DNA of 64,000 bases. Origin: Octopus vulgaris (Eukaryota). Location of the stretch: positions 25,854,001-25,918,000 of the forward strand of contig OX597815.1 of assembly GCA_951406725.2 (NCBI GenBank). The letters run 5' to 3'. This document shows positions 29,459 to 44,458 of the stretch, piece by piece (positions within the stretch are counted from its first letter, which is position 1; the number at the start of each line of letters is the position of its first letter). The notes under the pieces are model-generated. The model saw only the letters and a program-made list of their open reading frames with translations. It had not been told where the DNA came from and made no database searches. The position numbers were made by a program, and so were the translations under genes.

Positions 29459-29493
<35 letters not shown>

Positions 29494-29636
29494 GCTGCTG
29501 CTGCGATTGCTGTTGCTACTACTACTACTGCTGCCGCTAATATTGCTTTTTTCTTGGTCAATTCTTCACATTCTTCTTTCCCATCATCTCTTTCCAACAC
29601 TACCACAATGGTGAATAGCGGAATGGATAGAGGACA

Positions 29637-29755
<119 letters not shown>

Positions 29756-30224
29756 AATACCTTCTGGTACTTAGTTATACTGTTGTATTTACTGAGTTCA
29801 CATACAACCAAGGTTTATTTGGCCTTTCATCCTCCAAGAGGGTGTGGTGCCAAAAAAATAAAGTAGCAGAGAAATATTCATGTACATTCATGTTGTCTAT
29901 TCACTCTCGTATTTTTGTGATCTCAAATCAGAGTCAAGGCAAAAACCTTTGCGATGTTTGTTTTCCCGAAGGCAGTGAGTTGGCAGAGTCGTTAGCATAC
30001 TGGACAAAATGTGCAGTGAGATTTCGTTTGTCCTTACGTTCTGAGCATAAGTGGTCAAATTTCGCTTCTCATCCTTTCGTAGTCAATAAAATAAGTACCA
30101 GTTGAGCACTAGGCTCGATGTTATTGGACTGTATCCCTCATCAAACTCTCAGACCCTGTGCGTATAAGCATACTCTTTACTCTCTTTTACTTGTTTCAGT
30201 CATTTAATTGCTGAAACAATTCAA

Positions 30225-30263
<39 letters not shown>

Positions 30264-30710
30264 TAAATAAATGGAGTTAAACGCAGATGTTATTCAAATT
30301 CTTTTAATTTCTAATATTGAAAACAACACAAAACATGATAAAATTCCTTTACGGGGAGGCAAGCTTTATTTAAGCCCATTTTCGCTCTAGAGGTATTTCA
30401 TCGTTCTTTAAAGATAGTACCACTTACTATTTGACTGTTACTAGGAAAACTGTTTGGTTTGTTATTCCGTATGGACGGCAAATTAAATCTAATCTTCTTT
30501 TGCAGTTTCGTGAAGTGGTTGGTAAGAACTTTCTAAAAAATTCTAGATATTATTCAATTATTTATTCTCATATAGTTAGAGTTGCCTTCTCCAACACAAA
30601 GAATCTTCCACAAATTATATCTTCTCATAATATCAGTCTGCTAAATAAAAGTTCATTTTTTGAGAGTTCCAACATCAATTTTGTTAATACCAGCCCATCA
30701 CATAATAATG

Positions 30711-31092
<382 letters not shown>

Positions 31093-31794
31093 TAGTTTTG
31101 GTATCTGAGGACAACCCCAACAGAATTAAATTTATGTCTAATAATTCTAAGATTAAGAATTCTATATACCAATGTAAAATTTCTTGCGGTACCGATGTCT
31201 ACTTCTACATTGGCGCGTCCTCTTCCCTATTATCTAAGAGAATTTCCAATCATTATTCTTCATTTAGGGATAGCAGTAAACGTTATAGCACAGGGCTAAG
31301 TAAATTGGTTTGGTATCTTAAAGACAACAATAAGGATTTTAAGTTAGAGTGGTTCATCCTGTCTATATCTTTCCCTTATGACAAGGGCAAAGGATTTTGT
31401 AACATTTGCAACTCTGAACTCTTCCATATTCTCTTCTCCAAGAATAACCTTGTTAACATACTTATACAGCGATCTTACAAATGTAAGCACTGGCAGAAAC
31501 ATACCTTTAGCTCATGTAAGTGATTTTTACCAGTCTTTATAGTTTGAACATTTAGTTCACCTTGCACTTTACTTTGATAGAGAAATCTTCTTCCAAGCCT
31601 TTGAATATTTTTTCAACCAATATATCCCTCTTTATTTGTTCTCTACTTATCATTTCTTTACCTCTTCTCTTCCTAGGGTCTGCCTTTGACGTCGGATCTA
31701 CTAAAGGTTTATTTTAAATACTTAATAGCGTTCTGTTTATCATTTATGCAGTCATCAAAATTGTTATAGTGTCTTGTTGAGATAGGTTCTCTTT

Positions 31795-31880
31795 CTTTCC
31801 TGATGAGAAGATTACATTATTTTACACTGTTTATTCCTTTGGAATAAAACCAATGTTGTCTTCGAAACATATGTCGAAAG
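31795..31880 (+). ncRNA. Type I hammerhead ribozyme in PLE pLTR
   Basis: Stem I ctttc/gaaag, core CTGATGA, stem II gaaga/tcttc, GAAA, palindromic stem III catatg and GUC cleavage triplet. Confidence 0.8.
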
Positions 31881-32096
31881 TAAAAGAATTTGAATAACAT
31901 CTGCGTTCAACTCCATTTATTTACTTATACTATACAAATTACTGCACATTAACCCGGAGTTTCTATCTTTGAATAGGTCGCTACATCCTTGTTACTTGCG
32001 TGAATTTTGCTACGATGGTAACTGTTTTTTGAATTTTCCATGTTAACGGTAAACAAAGGATAATTCATTCATCCATTTATATATATATATATTCAA

Positions 32097-32309
32097 AATG
32101 TGACCGCGTGTGTACCGTTGGCGATTTTTTCCCTCTGTCTTCCCTTCTCTGGATCTTTCCTTCTCCTATGTTTCCGACGAAGAGCTCCGCTCGAAACGTT
32201 AAACCCTCCTTCTTCCCTTCCTTTCTGAGCGTCCAATAATACTATATTTGTTCCTCGTCCTCGCGTTGTTGTGTTTTCTCTTTGTGTTTTCATGTTTGGA
32301 TTAACTATA
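32097..32309 (+). mobile_element. ~210-bp non-autonomous hammerhead-bearing element (PLE pLTR-like)
   Basis: Same ends as the copies at 53559-53762 (-) and 63727-63937 (+). The motif gttt-cCgacga-a-gagc-tcc-gctc-GAAA-cg-TT-aaac lies at 32170-32204. Confidence 0.7.
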
Positions 32310-32443
32310 AGATTAATCAGCCGAAATTGCGAAGATGATCTGGTTCTTGACTGATGACTGAGGGCTTCGAATGTCCCTGTGGTTCTTGTGTCGTCTCCTT
32401 GGTGTTTCATGTTCTTGTCCATGTTTGTATTTATTTTTTACTG

Positions 32444-32543
<100 letters not shown>

Positions 32544-32799
32544 TGTATGTATGTGTGTGCGCATGTGTATGTGTGTGTGATATATCCTATGGTATGAACA
32601 TATCATACTATAATTGCATTTACTACCTCAAGTGTTCGACGAACGGTAACGTGAAACGAAGAGGAAGTTTGTGAAGAGATATTCGGTTTTAATAAATAGA
32701 ATACTAATCAAACTTTGGTATGCGAGTACTATTTTCTTCCACCTTGTTGCACATTTATGTGCTCACTTTGTGTGTGTGCGTGTGTGTGTATATATATAT

Positions 32800-33340
<541 letters not shown>

Positions 33341-33343
<3 letters not shown>

Positions 33344-34650
33344 CTAGAAAAATTAGAAACATTTTCTGCCAGTGGCTAGCATGCATAAAATAGTCAATAG
33401 ACAACATATTGCTCATATAAAGATTAGTGTACATTTATACACAAATGAGGTGAGCCTTTCAGGACACCTTTCATGCTAAGAAGATCAGTCAAAGCCCAAA
33501 CCACGGTTAAGAGTAATTTCGAAGGGGATGAAGAATAAAAACATTTTCAATAGTTACCACACGTACCTAGATTTCGAACATCAGTGAACAAATAAAATAA
33601 TTTGCCATCCGTGTTCTCTTCAGCACTGGCGCTATAATTACTATGTATTTACGGAACATTGAAGACGGCATATGTTCCGTCTATATACTCTTTACTCTTT
33701 TACTTGTTTCAGTCATTTGACTGCGGCCATGCTGGAGCACCGCCTTTAGTCGAGCAAATCGACCCCGGGACTTATTCTTTGTAAGCCCAGTACTTATTCT
33801 ATCGGTCTCTTTTGCCGAACCGCTAAGTGACGGGGACGTAAACACACCAGCATTGGTTGTCAAGCAATGCTAGGGGGACAAACACAAACATATACACCCC
33901 CCCCATACATATATATACATATATACGACAGGCTTCTTTCAGTTTCCGTCTACCAAATCCACTCACAAGGCATTGGTCGGCCCGGGGCTATAGCAGAAGA
34001 CACTTGCCCAAGATGCCACGCAGTGGGACTGAACCCGGAATCATGTGGTTGGTTAGCAAGCTACTTACCACACAGCCACTCCATTATAATTTTTCAAATC
34101 CACCGCGCAAGCGCAGTTATAGTCGACAGCATATAAAAATATATTTGCTGACATTCTTCAAAATTACGAAAATTATATTAAGAAAATATATATGAAAAAT
34201 ATATTACGAAACTATATATGAAAAATATTGACTCTTTTATGCATTGTAACCACTGGTAGAAAAAAATTCTCTAATTTTTCTATCCTATATATATTTTTTT
34301 AATATAGTTTTCGTAATTTTGAAGGATGTCGGCAAATATATTTTTATTTATTGCTGACTATAACTGCGCTTGTGCGGTAGATTTGAAAAATTATAATGCA
34401 TATTGGCAGAACATGTGCTGTCTTCAATCTATTAATTGTAGCGCCCGTGCCGAAGAGAACAGGATGACAAATTCCTTTTATTTGTTCATTTGTTCATTGG
34501 TGTTCGAAATCTAGGTAAGTACTGAAAATGTTTTTATTTTTCATAACCTTCGAAATCACTCTTAACCGTGGTTTGAGCTTTGACTGGTCCTTTTAGCATG
34601 TAATGTGTCCTGTTAGGCTAACCTCTTTTGTGTATAAATGTACACTAATT
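33341..34650. mobile_element. PLE-derived inverted-repeat complex, interrupted by SINE B (33682-34083, minus)
   Basis: 33341-33400 is inverted at ~34225-34287. 33420-33670 plus 34082-34170 are inverted at 34310-34650. A hammerhead-like CTGAAGA-gaac...gttc-GAAA-tctagg-TA lies on the minus strand at ~33565-33626. Confidence 0.6.
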
Positions 34651-34652
34651 TA

Positions 34653-34813
34653 CAGGAGTGGCTGTGTGGTAAGTAGCTTGTCTACCAACCACATGGTTCC
34701 GGGTTCAGTCCCACTGCGTGTCACCTTGGGCAAGTGTCTTCTACTATAGCCCCGGGCCGACCAAAGCCTTGTGAGTGGATTTGGTAGACGGAAACTGAAA
34801 GAAGTCCGTCGTA

Positions 34814-34875
<62 letters not shown>

Positions 34876-35092
34876 TGTGTGTGTTTGTGTGTCTGTGTTT
34901 GTCCCCCTAGCATTGCTTGACAACCGATGCTGGAGTGTTTATGTCCCCGTTACTTAGCGGTTCGGCAAAACAGACCGATAGAATAAGTACTGGGCTTACA
35001 AAAGAATAAGTCCCAGGGTCGAGTTGCTTGATTAAAAGGCGGTGCTCCAGCATGGCCCCAGTCAAATGACTGAAACAAGTAAAAGAGTATAT
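34653..35092 (+). mobile_element. SINE B
   Basis: Near-consensus full-length copy. Confidence 0.85.
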
Positions 35093-35429
35093 ATATGTTT
35101 TGAGTTTTTTTGTTCTGGCTTATTACGTTCTGAGTGTTTGTGTAAAAGAACTTCACATGGTGGTGGTTGGTGGTGATGGTGGTTGTGCTGGTAATATTGT
35201 TAATCCACGGTCCTTGGTTGCCTTTAGTTGAGTTCACTTTCTTTCAACCATTCGGGCAAGAGTAACTTTGTTACTTCATCCTATCAATTTAAGAGGCCAT
35301 GGCAAATAAAATAAAATAAAATGAGATAGATAAATAAATTAATAAATAGACATGCGCACTACCTCCCTTCCCTCATCAACCGATAAAAATGTTCGAAATC
35401 ATTATTGATCTACTATCCGACTTTTAACA

Positions 35430-35745
35430 AACTTTTCTCTTTCATATGCGTCTCTCTGTCTCTCTTTCTCTATCTTATGAACGTCTCTCTCTCTCTTTCT
35501 TGTGCACGTTTCCTTCTCTCTCGTGCGTATCTCTATTTCTGTCTCGTGCACTTCTCTCTCTCTCTCTTGTCTGCGTCTGTCTCTCCTTTCTCCCTTCTCC
35601 CTCTCTCTTTCTATCTCTGTCCATGCGCTTCTCTCTCTCTCTCTCGTGTGCATCTCTATCCATTGTCTCTCCCCCTTGTCTGTTCTCTCTCTCTCCCTCC
35701 ATCTCTCTCTCTCGTGTGCGTCTCTATCCTTCTTGTCTGACTGTC

Positions 35746-35790
<45 letters not shown>

Positions 35791-36230
35791 GTTCTTTACT
35801 GATTCTGCATCTTGTTCCTTCTGTTTCTTCATTTTTTTCTTTCTCTCTTTCTTTCGCTATTCCTTTCTTTCTTTCTTTCTTTCTTTCTTTTATTTCTTTT
35901 TTTCTTTCTTTCTTTCTATCTTCCCTCTTGGAAGAATGGAAACGGAAACTATTTCCTCATCCTTCATTCATTCGTTCTCTCATTCTTTTCCCCTTCTATA
36001 TTCCTTCCAACCTTTTACTTTCATAATTGCATTTTTATTTCTCTTTCCCTTGTTTCGTACTTTCATTCCTTCATTTGACCGGTCGTTCATTCGTTCATTC
36101 ATATATTCCCTTCATCGTTCACTCTTTCAATTTTTCATTCGTCGTCTTCATTGCTTTATTTTCTTCATTTTACAATTCTATTCATTCATTCGCTGAATTC
36201 TTCATTCCTTTATTAGTTCATCCATCTTTC
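35430..36230. repeat. Polypyrimidine low-complexity tract (TC/TTTC/TTCA)
   Basis: Read directly from the sequence. Confidence 0.9.
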
Positions 36231-37084
36231 TTGCACCCCTATCTTCACAAGGCTATGTCCCAAAACACATACCCTAGATGTCACACAGTAGGATCGAACA
36301 CGTGGCCTCATGAACTCCGAAACGAAATTTTGAACCCGTGGTTATATGCAAGCACAAACAAATCAAGATAACCCCCCACACACACATTATGGTTTCGCTT
36401 AGACATAGAGATAGTAACTAGTTGTTATAACACTGTATATTTATGTTTTGGCATCAAGTGAGTACAGAATGTAATATCATTTAATGAATAACAAGAAAAT
36501 CAAGGTGTTACGTAATTAATTTCAATAGTATACGATTGTTTCTGCTATAAGAAGTGCCATACTCAGAGTTGAATTGTCGTGGGACATCTTATAGCTTCCT
36601 CAGAGCTATTTTAATGTTTATTGCGGGATGCATTTAAATTCCATCTTTTGTACATACATACATACATACATACATACATACATACATACATACATGCATA
36701 CATACATACATACATACATACATGCATACATACATACATGCATGCATGCATACATACATACATACATACATACGTACGTACATACATAAATGCATACATA
36801 CATACATACGTACATACATACATACATACATAAATGCATACATACATACATACGCCGAAATTGCGAGGATGATCCGGTTCTTGACTGAGGATAGAAAGCT
36901 TCGAATGACCCGTCCTTGTTTTTTTAGTATCGTCTATCTGGATGTTTTGTATCACCTATTGTCCGGATGTTTTGCGTTCTTGTCTAATTTTGTATTTTAT
37001 ATACATACATTCATACATACATACATACATACATACATACATACATACATACATACATACATACATACATACATACATACATAC

Positions 37085-37547
37085 GCTTGGATTTTCAGAA
37101 AAAGAAATCGACTGACTGATTGTACATTAAAAATACAATTTGTAAGCAGAACAGTAAAACTATGCAAGACTTTTCTCAGGTTTAAAATGTGACATTGTTT
37201 TCGTTATCAACATTCCAACGATGGAGCTTTATATCTTTGTTAGAAACCAGCTCCTTCTTCAAAGGAAAAAATTCAATAATCATAAAGAGAAAAGAGCATA
37301 CAATCCAAATCCAATCTGTTAGTGGCACAGCGAAGATTTGTAAACCATATCAAAGATTCTTCATCTGAGATGCATTAGGTGAACAAATGCACAGACTTGG
37401 GTGTATGCATTGATAGCTCAAGCAACGCACCAAAGTCAATCACTATTTAAGCACACCGGGAACTCTCTTAGTTCAAAAGATCTTGTCGATTTGTTAGTGG
37501 CCAATTTGAATCGCTTGAGAAAAACTTTTTAAAAAATCAAAGAAAAA

Positions 37548-37548
<1 letters not shown>
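37085..37548 (+). mobile_element. Two tandem R4-like 3' ends embedded in (CATA)n/(CA)n
   Basis: LKIQFVSRTVKLCKTFLRFKM* plus UTR (same family as 22281-24372), then IQIQSVSGTAKICKPYQRFFI* plus a different UTR ending in aaaaaacatacacaca. Confidence 0.65.
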
Positions 37549-37623
<75 letters not shown>

Positions 37624-38139
37624 TTCCATTACTTTTAATCAGCAGGAATTTATATAAGTGACTCAGAAGGCCAGGAGTTTCGTGTCATGCTCGAAATTCT
37701 TGGTATTTTACGTTCTTGAGTGAATTTTGTAACTCTCCCTTTCCCATTTTCGCTGTCCCTGTGTGTGTGTGTGTGTGTGTGTAAATTTTGTCACGGTGTA
37801 GACGTTCTAGCCGTATAATATATAGAGACTGTTAAGATCTGTTAAATTTCTTTCGATTTGAAATTTATTAAATTGCTACCGACACTGATCCAGGTCGCAG
37901 CTGTGCGACGAAAATTTTTGTCACGCATTAATAAGTTTGAAGTTTAAACCCTTTAAGCAGATTCTGGGCGCTACTAAATGGCTAGACTGGTTCTTCCACG
38001 CCGTAATTGCTTCAATTTCAACATAAGGTTTCGGATTAACTCTGTTGCTAGATAAGTAGAATTCTGTCACACAAGCACGCATGCCATACAAACGCGTGTG
38101 TATATATACATATATATACACATATATATATACATATAC

Positions 38140-38389
<250 letters not shown>

Positions 38390-39381
38390 CGCACACGTAT
38401 TCATCCATACGCACATACACCCACATGTTAAATATATATATATATATATATATATGAATCAGTGCGTATGTGAGCGTTTGGGTGTGCGTGTTTGTGTGTA
38501 GTATTCATATGTATCTGTTGACAATTTGTGTCGTTCATGTGCGTCATGAGTACATCTCTATGTCATTCTGTGTCGTGTGCGTGTATGTATGAATGCACTT
38601 CACATGCGGATGCCTGCGTGCCTTGTGCGCTTGTGAATGCTTGACTGCGTGTGAGTGTGTCAATATTACTGTGCGTGTTCTCCATTCGATATTATATCTT
38701 GAGAGCTTCCTAACTTTCTACCAGAAAATTAAGGATGGTGGAGGCGGGAAAAAACTGTGATGTATATAACTGTGATAAAGAAAGAGCCTCGCTGCTCTGC
38801 TATTTAGGAACAAATTAGGAAGAATGGAAACGGAAAGATGCTCGAGGCATTCTGGTCATAAATTTGTTTGGGGCTTGCTAAGTCGCCAAAGGCAAGAATA
38901 TCGCGAAAAGTGATCGATTTGACCTGGCTCTTTATTGTGGTCCGCTGAGCCGCAGGCGGGTCACTATATTTATTCCTAATCCCAGAATGAACTAGACAGA
39001 GAATAAGCGTGAGCGTGCGCGGGCGCGAGTGTGTGTGTGTGTGCGTGTGTGTTTATGTGTGTGTGTGTGTGTGTGAACGTGTGAATGCATATTTTGCACA
39101 TAATAGCTTTTTCATATATCTATATATATATTTATATATATGCATATATAAACTCATGGAAATGCATACATACGAACGCACATACGTACATCTTATATCT
39201 CTTATGTCTATGTATCCATATGTCTACAAATGTATGTATAAGAAATATATATACACATAAATGTGTGTGTTCGTGTGTTTGTGTATTTGTGTGTGTACAC
39301 AAATTTACATTCATATCGCCCCATATATATATGTATATATATATATATATATTTACATATATATATACATATATATAGATA

Positions 39382-39445
<64 letters not shown>

Positions 39446-39473
39446 TGCATGTGTGTGTGCGTGTGTGTGCATG

Positions 39474-39508
<35 letters not shown>

Positions 39509-39857
39509 CATATATGTAAAGTATGTATATATGTATATCTATCTATCTATCTATCTATCACACACACACACACATATCTGTGTGCGTGTGTCTGTGCGTG
39601 TGTTTGTGTGAGTGTGTGTATGCACGCGTTCATAAATTTTACACCTGTAGAAATCAACAATACGTACACATACATACAAGTGTGTGTGTGTGTGTATATG
39701 TATGTATGCATGTATGTATGTAAACATATTTATGTAACCAATTGAGAACCGAGGTTCTTAATTGCCTAAAATAGTTTTGTATCATCAGCACAGCTAGTGA
39801 GAATTAGCTACTTGTATAACTGACGTGTAGGAAAAGACAAGGGCGCCATATTTAAGA

Positions 39858-39890
<33 letters not shown>

Positions 39891-39894
<4 letters not shown>

Positions 39895-40212
39895 GAGGGC
39901 GCAATGGCCCAGTGATTAGGGCAGCGGACTTGCGGTCGTAGGATCCCGGTTTCGATTCCCAGACCAGGCGTTGTGAGTGTTTATTGAGCGAAAACACCTA
40001 AAGCTCCACGAGGCTCCGGCAGGGGATGGTGGCGATCCCTGCTGTACTCCTTCACCACAACTTTCTCTCACTCTTTCTTCTGTTGGCCTGCTCGCTTAGC
40101 CAGCGGGGTGGCGTGCTTTGAAGGCTAAAACAATGCGAAGCGCATTGTGACCAGCGATGTGTAGTAACATATGATAGCCTGGTCGATCACGGTGATCACG
40201 GTTATCACGGTT
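39891..40212 (+). mobile_element. SINE C, full length, (CACGGTGAT)-like tandem tail
   Basis: tggcccagtgattag A-box and ggtttcgattccc B-box. Preceded by (TG)n and followed by (TA)n. Confidence 0.85.
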
Positions 40213-40234
40213 ATATATATATATATATATATAT

Positions 40235-40612
40235 ACTTTTATTATTATACTTGTTTTGATCAGTTGACTGCGGCCATGCTGGAGCACCGCGTTATAAGGT
40301 TTTTAGTCGAAGAAATCGACCCCAGGAGTTATTCTTTGTAAGATTAGTATTTATTCTATCTTTCGTTTATGCCGAACCGCTTATTTACGGGGTCATAAAC
40401 ACACCAACATCGGTTGTCAAACACAGACTCACAGACACAAAGACGCAAACACCCATAAATATATACGACGGGCTTTTTCAGTTTCTGTCTACCAAATCTA
40501 CTCACAAGGCGTTGGCAGGCCTGAAGTTATAGTACAAGGTACCATGCAGTGAGACTAAACCCAGAGTCAAGTGGTTTGGAAGCAAGCTTCTTACTACACA
40601 GCCACGCTGGCG

Positions 40613-40615
<3 letters not shown>
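40235..40615 (-). mobile_element. SINE B, diverged
   Basis: Reverse-strand B motifs. Confidence 0.75.
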
Positions 40616-40662
<47 letters not shown>

Positions 40663-40905
40663 CATATACATACGCATGCATACATACATACGTACATAAA
40701 TACATATATATGTATGTATGTATGTAAGTCTACATGAATAGACACTCACAAATATTCTAATTTTGTAGTCAGGTTACATTTACAAAATACAGCTTTTCGG
40801 GGGGTTTTTTTCCCAGTATCCTCTTCGTGGTCTGGGTGCATCGACGGTTGCTCTGATACACTAGAACATCTCTCTGTATTATTTTTGCAATATTTTCAAG
40901 TCAGG

Positions 40906-41670
40906 AAGGCGGCGAGCTAGCAGAAACTTTAGCACGCCGGGCGAAATGCTTAGCTGTATTACGTCTGCCGCTACGTTCTGAGTTCAAATTCCGCTGAGGT
41001 CGACTTTGCCCTTCATCCTTTCGGGGTCGATTAAATAAGTAGCAGTTACGCACTGGGGTCGATATAATCGACCTAATCCGTTTGTATGTACTTGTTTGTT
41101 CTCTCTGTGTCTAGCCCCTTGTCGGTAGTAAAGAAATAGGTATTTCGTTTGCCGTTACGTTCTGAGTTCAAATTCCGTCGAGGTCGACTTTGCCTTTCAT
41201 CCTTTCGGGGTCGATTAAATAAGTACCAGTTGCTCACTGGGGTCGATATAATCGACTTAATCCCTTTGTCTGTCCTTGTTTGTCCTCTCTGTGTTTAGTC
41301 CCTTGTGGGCAGTAAAGAAATAGGTATTTCGTTTGCCGCTACGTTCTGAGTTCAAATTTCGTCGAGGTCGACATTGCCTTTCATCCTTTCGGGGTCGATT
41401 AAATAAGTAGCAGTTACGCACTGGGGTCGATATAATCCACCTAATCCGTTTGTATGTACTTGTTTGTTCTCTCTGTGTCTAGCCCCTTGTGGGTAGTAAA
41501 GAAATAGGTATTTCATCTGTCATGATGTTCTGAGCTCAAATTCCGCCGAGGTTGACTTTGACTTTCACCCTTTCGGGGTCGATAAATTAAGTACCATTTG
41601 CGTTCTGGGGTCGATCTAATCGGCTAGTCCCCTCCCCAAAAATTCGGGCCTTGTACCTAGAGTAGAAAAG
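40906..41670 (+). mobile_element. SINE A tetramer (184-bp period) inside one 17-bp TSD
   Basis: Junctions aagaaata|ggtatttc at 41139, 41323 and 41507. TSD aatattttcaagtcagg (40889-40905) / aatattttccagttagg (41671-41687). Confidence 0.85.
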
Positions 41671-42212
41671 AATATTTTCCAGTTAGGTAAGGTGCACCCA
41701 GACGATCAAGTCTCAGAATTGATGCCATCCTCATTTAATTCTTCAAATAAGGGGGTGTGAGTTCGATCGCATTAGGGACTCCGTTCTCTTTCCATTCCAT
41801 ATTAGTCATATATGTTTATATGCACACATAATTATAAACAGTATGTAAACAATTTAATTTAATTCAATATCAGATTAGTTATTAAAAAAAAACATAATTT
41901 ATTGCACATATCATTTTTCCTTATTAGGAAAGGTGAATCATACACACCACACACACACACGCACATACATACACACACACACATATATATATATATATAC
42001 ACATATACAAACATATATAAATTTATGTAAGTGTATGTATGATTACATACATATATGCATACACACACACATACAAACACTCACATACATACAAACACAC
42101 ACACATACATACACACACGTATATACATAAATATAAATCAAACTTGAAAAAGCGCGGGTTTCTATCCTTTGTACGTCTAGTAATACATTGCTATCAATTT
42201 GTGTCTGTGAGC

Positions 42213-42267
<55 letters not shown>

Positions 42268-42371
42268 TATATACGTATATATATACATACATATATATAT
42301 ATCTGATTATTCCTATATATGTGTATATATATATATATGCCTGCACAAACGCATATACATCATACATATAT

Positions 42372-42417
<46 letters not shown>

Positions 42418-43408
42418 TTATATATATATATATGTACTTAAATATGTATGAAGATATTTTAATTTGAATTTCTATTAATTCTATTAAAGAAAGTACAGAC
42501 GTTAATTTGATACACAAGCAGACACATACACAAATTCAATCAACCATATATCTTTATACATCTATATTTCACACTTCACTACCGACGCTCCTCTGTATGT
42601 CTATGTTGTCTATGTGCATACATACATTCATATATACATACACACATTCATATATATATACATGCATTCATTCATACATACATACATTCATATATATACA
42701 TGCATTCATTCATACATACATACATACATACATACATACATACATACATACATACATACATACATACATACATACATACACTCATATACACAAGCATTCA
42801 TTCATACATACATACATACATACATTCATACATACATACCTACATTCATTCATACATACATACATTCATACATACATACATACATACATACATACATACA
42901 TACATACATACATACATACATACATACATACATACTTACATACATACATACATTCAGAAATACCTACATAAGTATATAAAGATAATAGATATACACACAT
43001 ACACATGCACACATATATATACATATATGCATACATATATGAATGTGTGTATATATATATATCTTATTGTAAATATGATGAATATCTGTGAGTTCGTCTG
43101 TATTCATGTTTATATCATAAGTATGTATGTATGTATGTATGTATGTATGTATGTATGTATGTATGTATGTATGTATATATGAGTGTAGGTATGTATGTAT
43201 GAATGTATGTATGTATGCATGCATGTATGCATGTATTCATATTTGGATCTATGTATGTATGTAGTGTTTACTTTTATAGATATAAATACAAACACGCAAA
43301 CATACACGTGCATATTGCAAAGATTTACACTGATAAATCTTTAAAAATTGTAGCAGATTGCGAAAATTAACACATACACATGCGAAAATATATGGATCTA
43401 TCTGACAG

Positions 43409-43440
<32 letters not shown>

Positions 43441-43484
43441 AAGAAACATATCTATCTATCTTCTGTCTATCTATCTATCTATCT

Positions 43485-44333
43485 GGGATAAGCTCTACAG
43501 ACACGGCTCGAGAAACACGGGGCCGACCTGCCCGAGATGCGGTCAGAGCGACGAAACCGTTCTGCACGCACTCGTTCAGTGTCCAACAATTTCCGATCTG
43601 TGGGCTTATGTCGAACAACTGCTGTCACGTGTGGGACGAGTCGGTTTATCAGCTGAGTCTATCGTCAATATTGTCACGCCTCCTTCCTTCAAACGGGAAG
43701 GAAGAGCTATTTTCATCATCCTTGTGGCTATGGCGAAGGAATGTATCTGGTGGACGCGTCTGAAAGGATTGGAGACAAACACTTTCCTCTCTGGTCAATC
43801 TCTCATCAACTTCTTCAAGTACCACTTGAAAAGGAAAGTGAGAGTAGAGAGGCAAGTTTTGTCTAGCGAATGTTTTAAAAAAGATGGGTGAATGTAGCAA
43901 GAATGGCACGTATGAATGACGAAGCCACCTTGAGCATAGTCCTATGAACCCAGAAATCGAAAACAGAGAGTTGCTTATTTGCAAAAAAAAAAAAAAAAAA
44001 AAAAGAAATATAAAATGTGACTTCATTGACCGAGGTTACCGTGGTCTTTTCCGTAGGCTTTTCTTTCCACGGGTAAACCTCACCTGTCCTCCCCTTTACA
44101 CTTTATATTGACATTTCTGTGATAACGATCCCTATTGATCAATTTTTTTCCTCTCCCCCTTTTTTTTAACCCCCTTTTTTTTGTCCTCTTTCTCTCCTTT
44201 TACGATCCCTTTTGATCGAAACTCCCCTTCCTTTTTTTATTTTTTTTTTTTTTTTTTTAAACCTTCAAAAGAAAAGCTCTACCATGTAATTTGTTCTATC
44301 TGTGTGCAGCCCTGTGTGGCTAATAAAGAAACA

Positions 44334-44334
<1 letters not shown>
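43485..44334 (+). mobile_element. Tx1/L1-clade LINE 3' fragment (CCHC finger, ORF2 end, 3' UTR) within (TCTA)n
   Basis: DKLYRHGSRNTGPTCPRCGQSDETVLHALVQCPTISDLWAYVE...AMAKECIWWTR contains a CX2CX8HX4C finger. The 3' end is cagccctgtgtggctAATAAAgaaacat. Confidence 0.8.
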
Positions 44335-44395
<61 letters not shown>

Positions 44396-44396
44396 G

Positions 44397-44458
<62 letters not shown>

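Noticed and set aside
39895-39970. tRNA-like sequences at SINE heads
   Set aside because: A/B boxes are present, but each continues into a SINE body and tail with no terminator. They are tRNA-derived, not tRNA genes.
40906-41670. Regularly spaced repeats resembling a CRISPR array or satellite
   Set aside because: The units are 184-bp SINE bodies with no unique spacers, the context is eukaryotic, and there are no cas genes.
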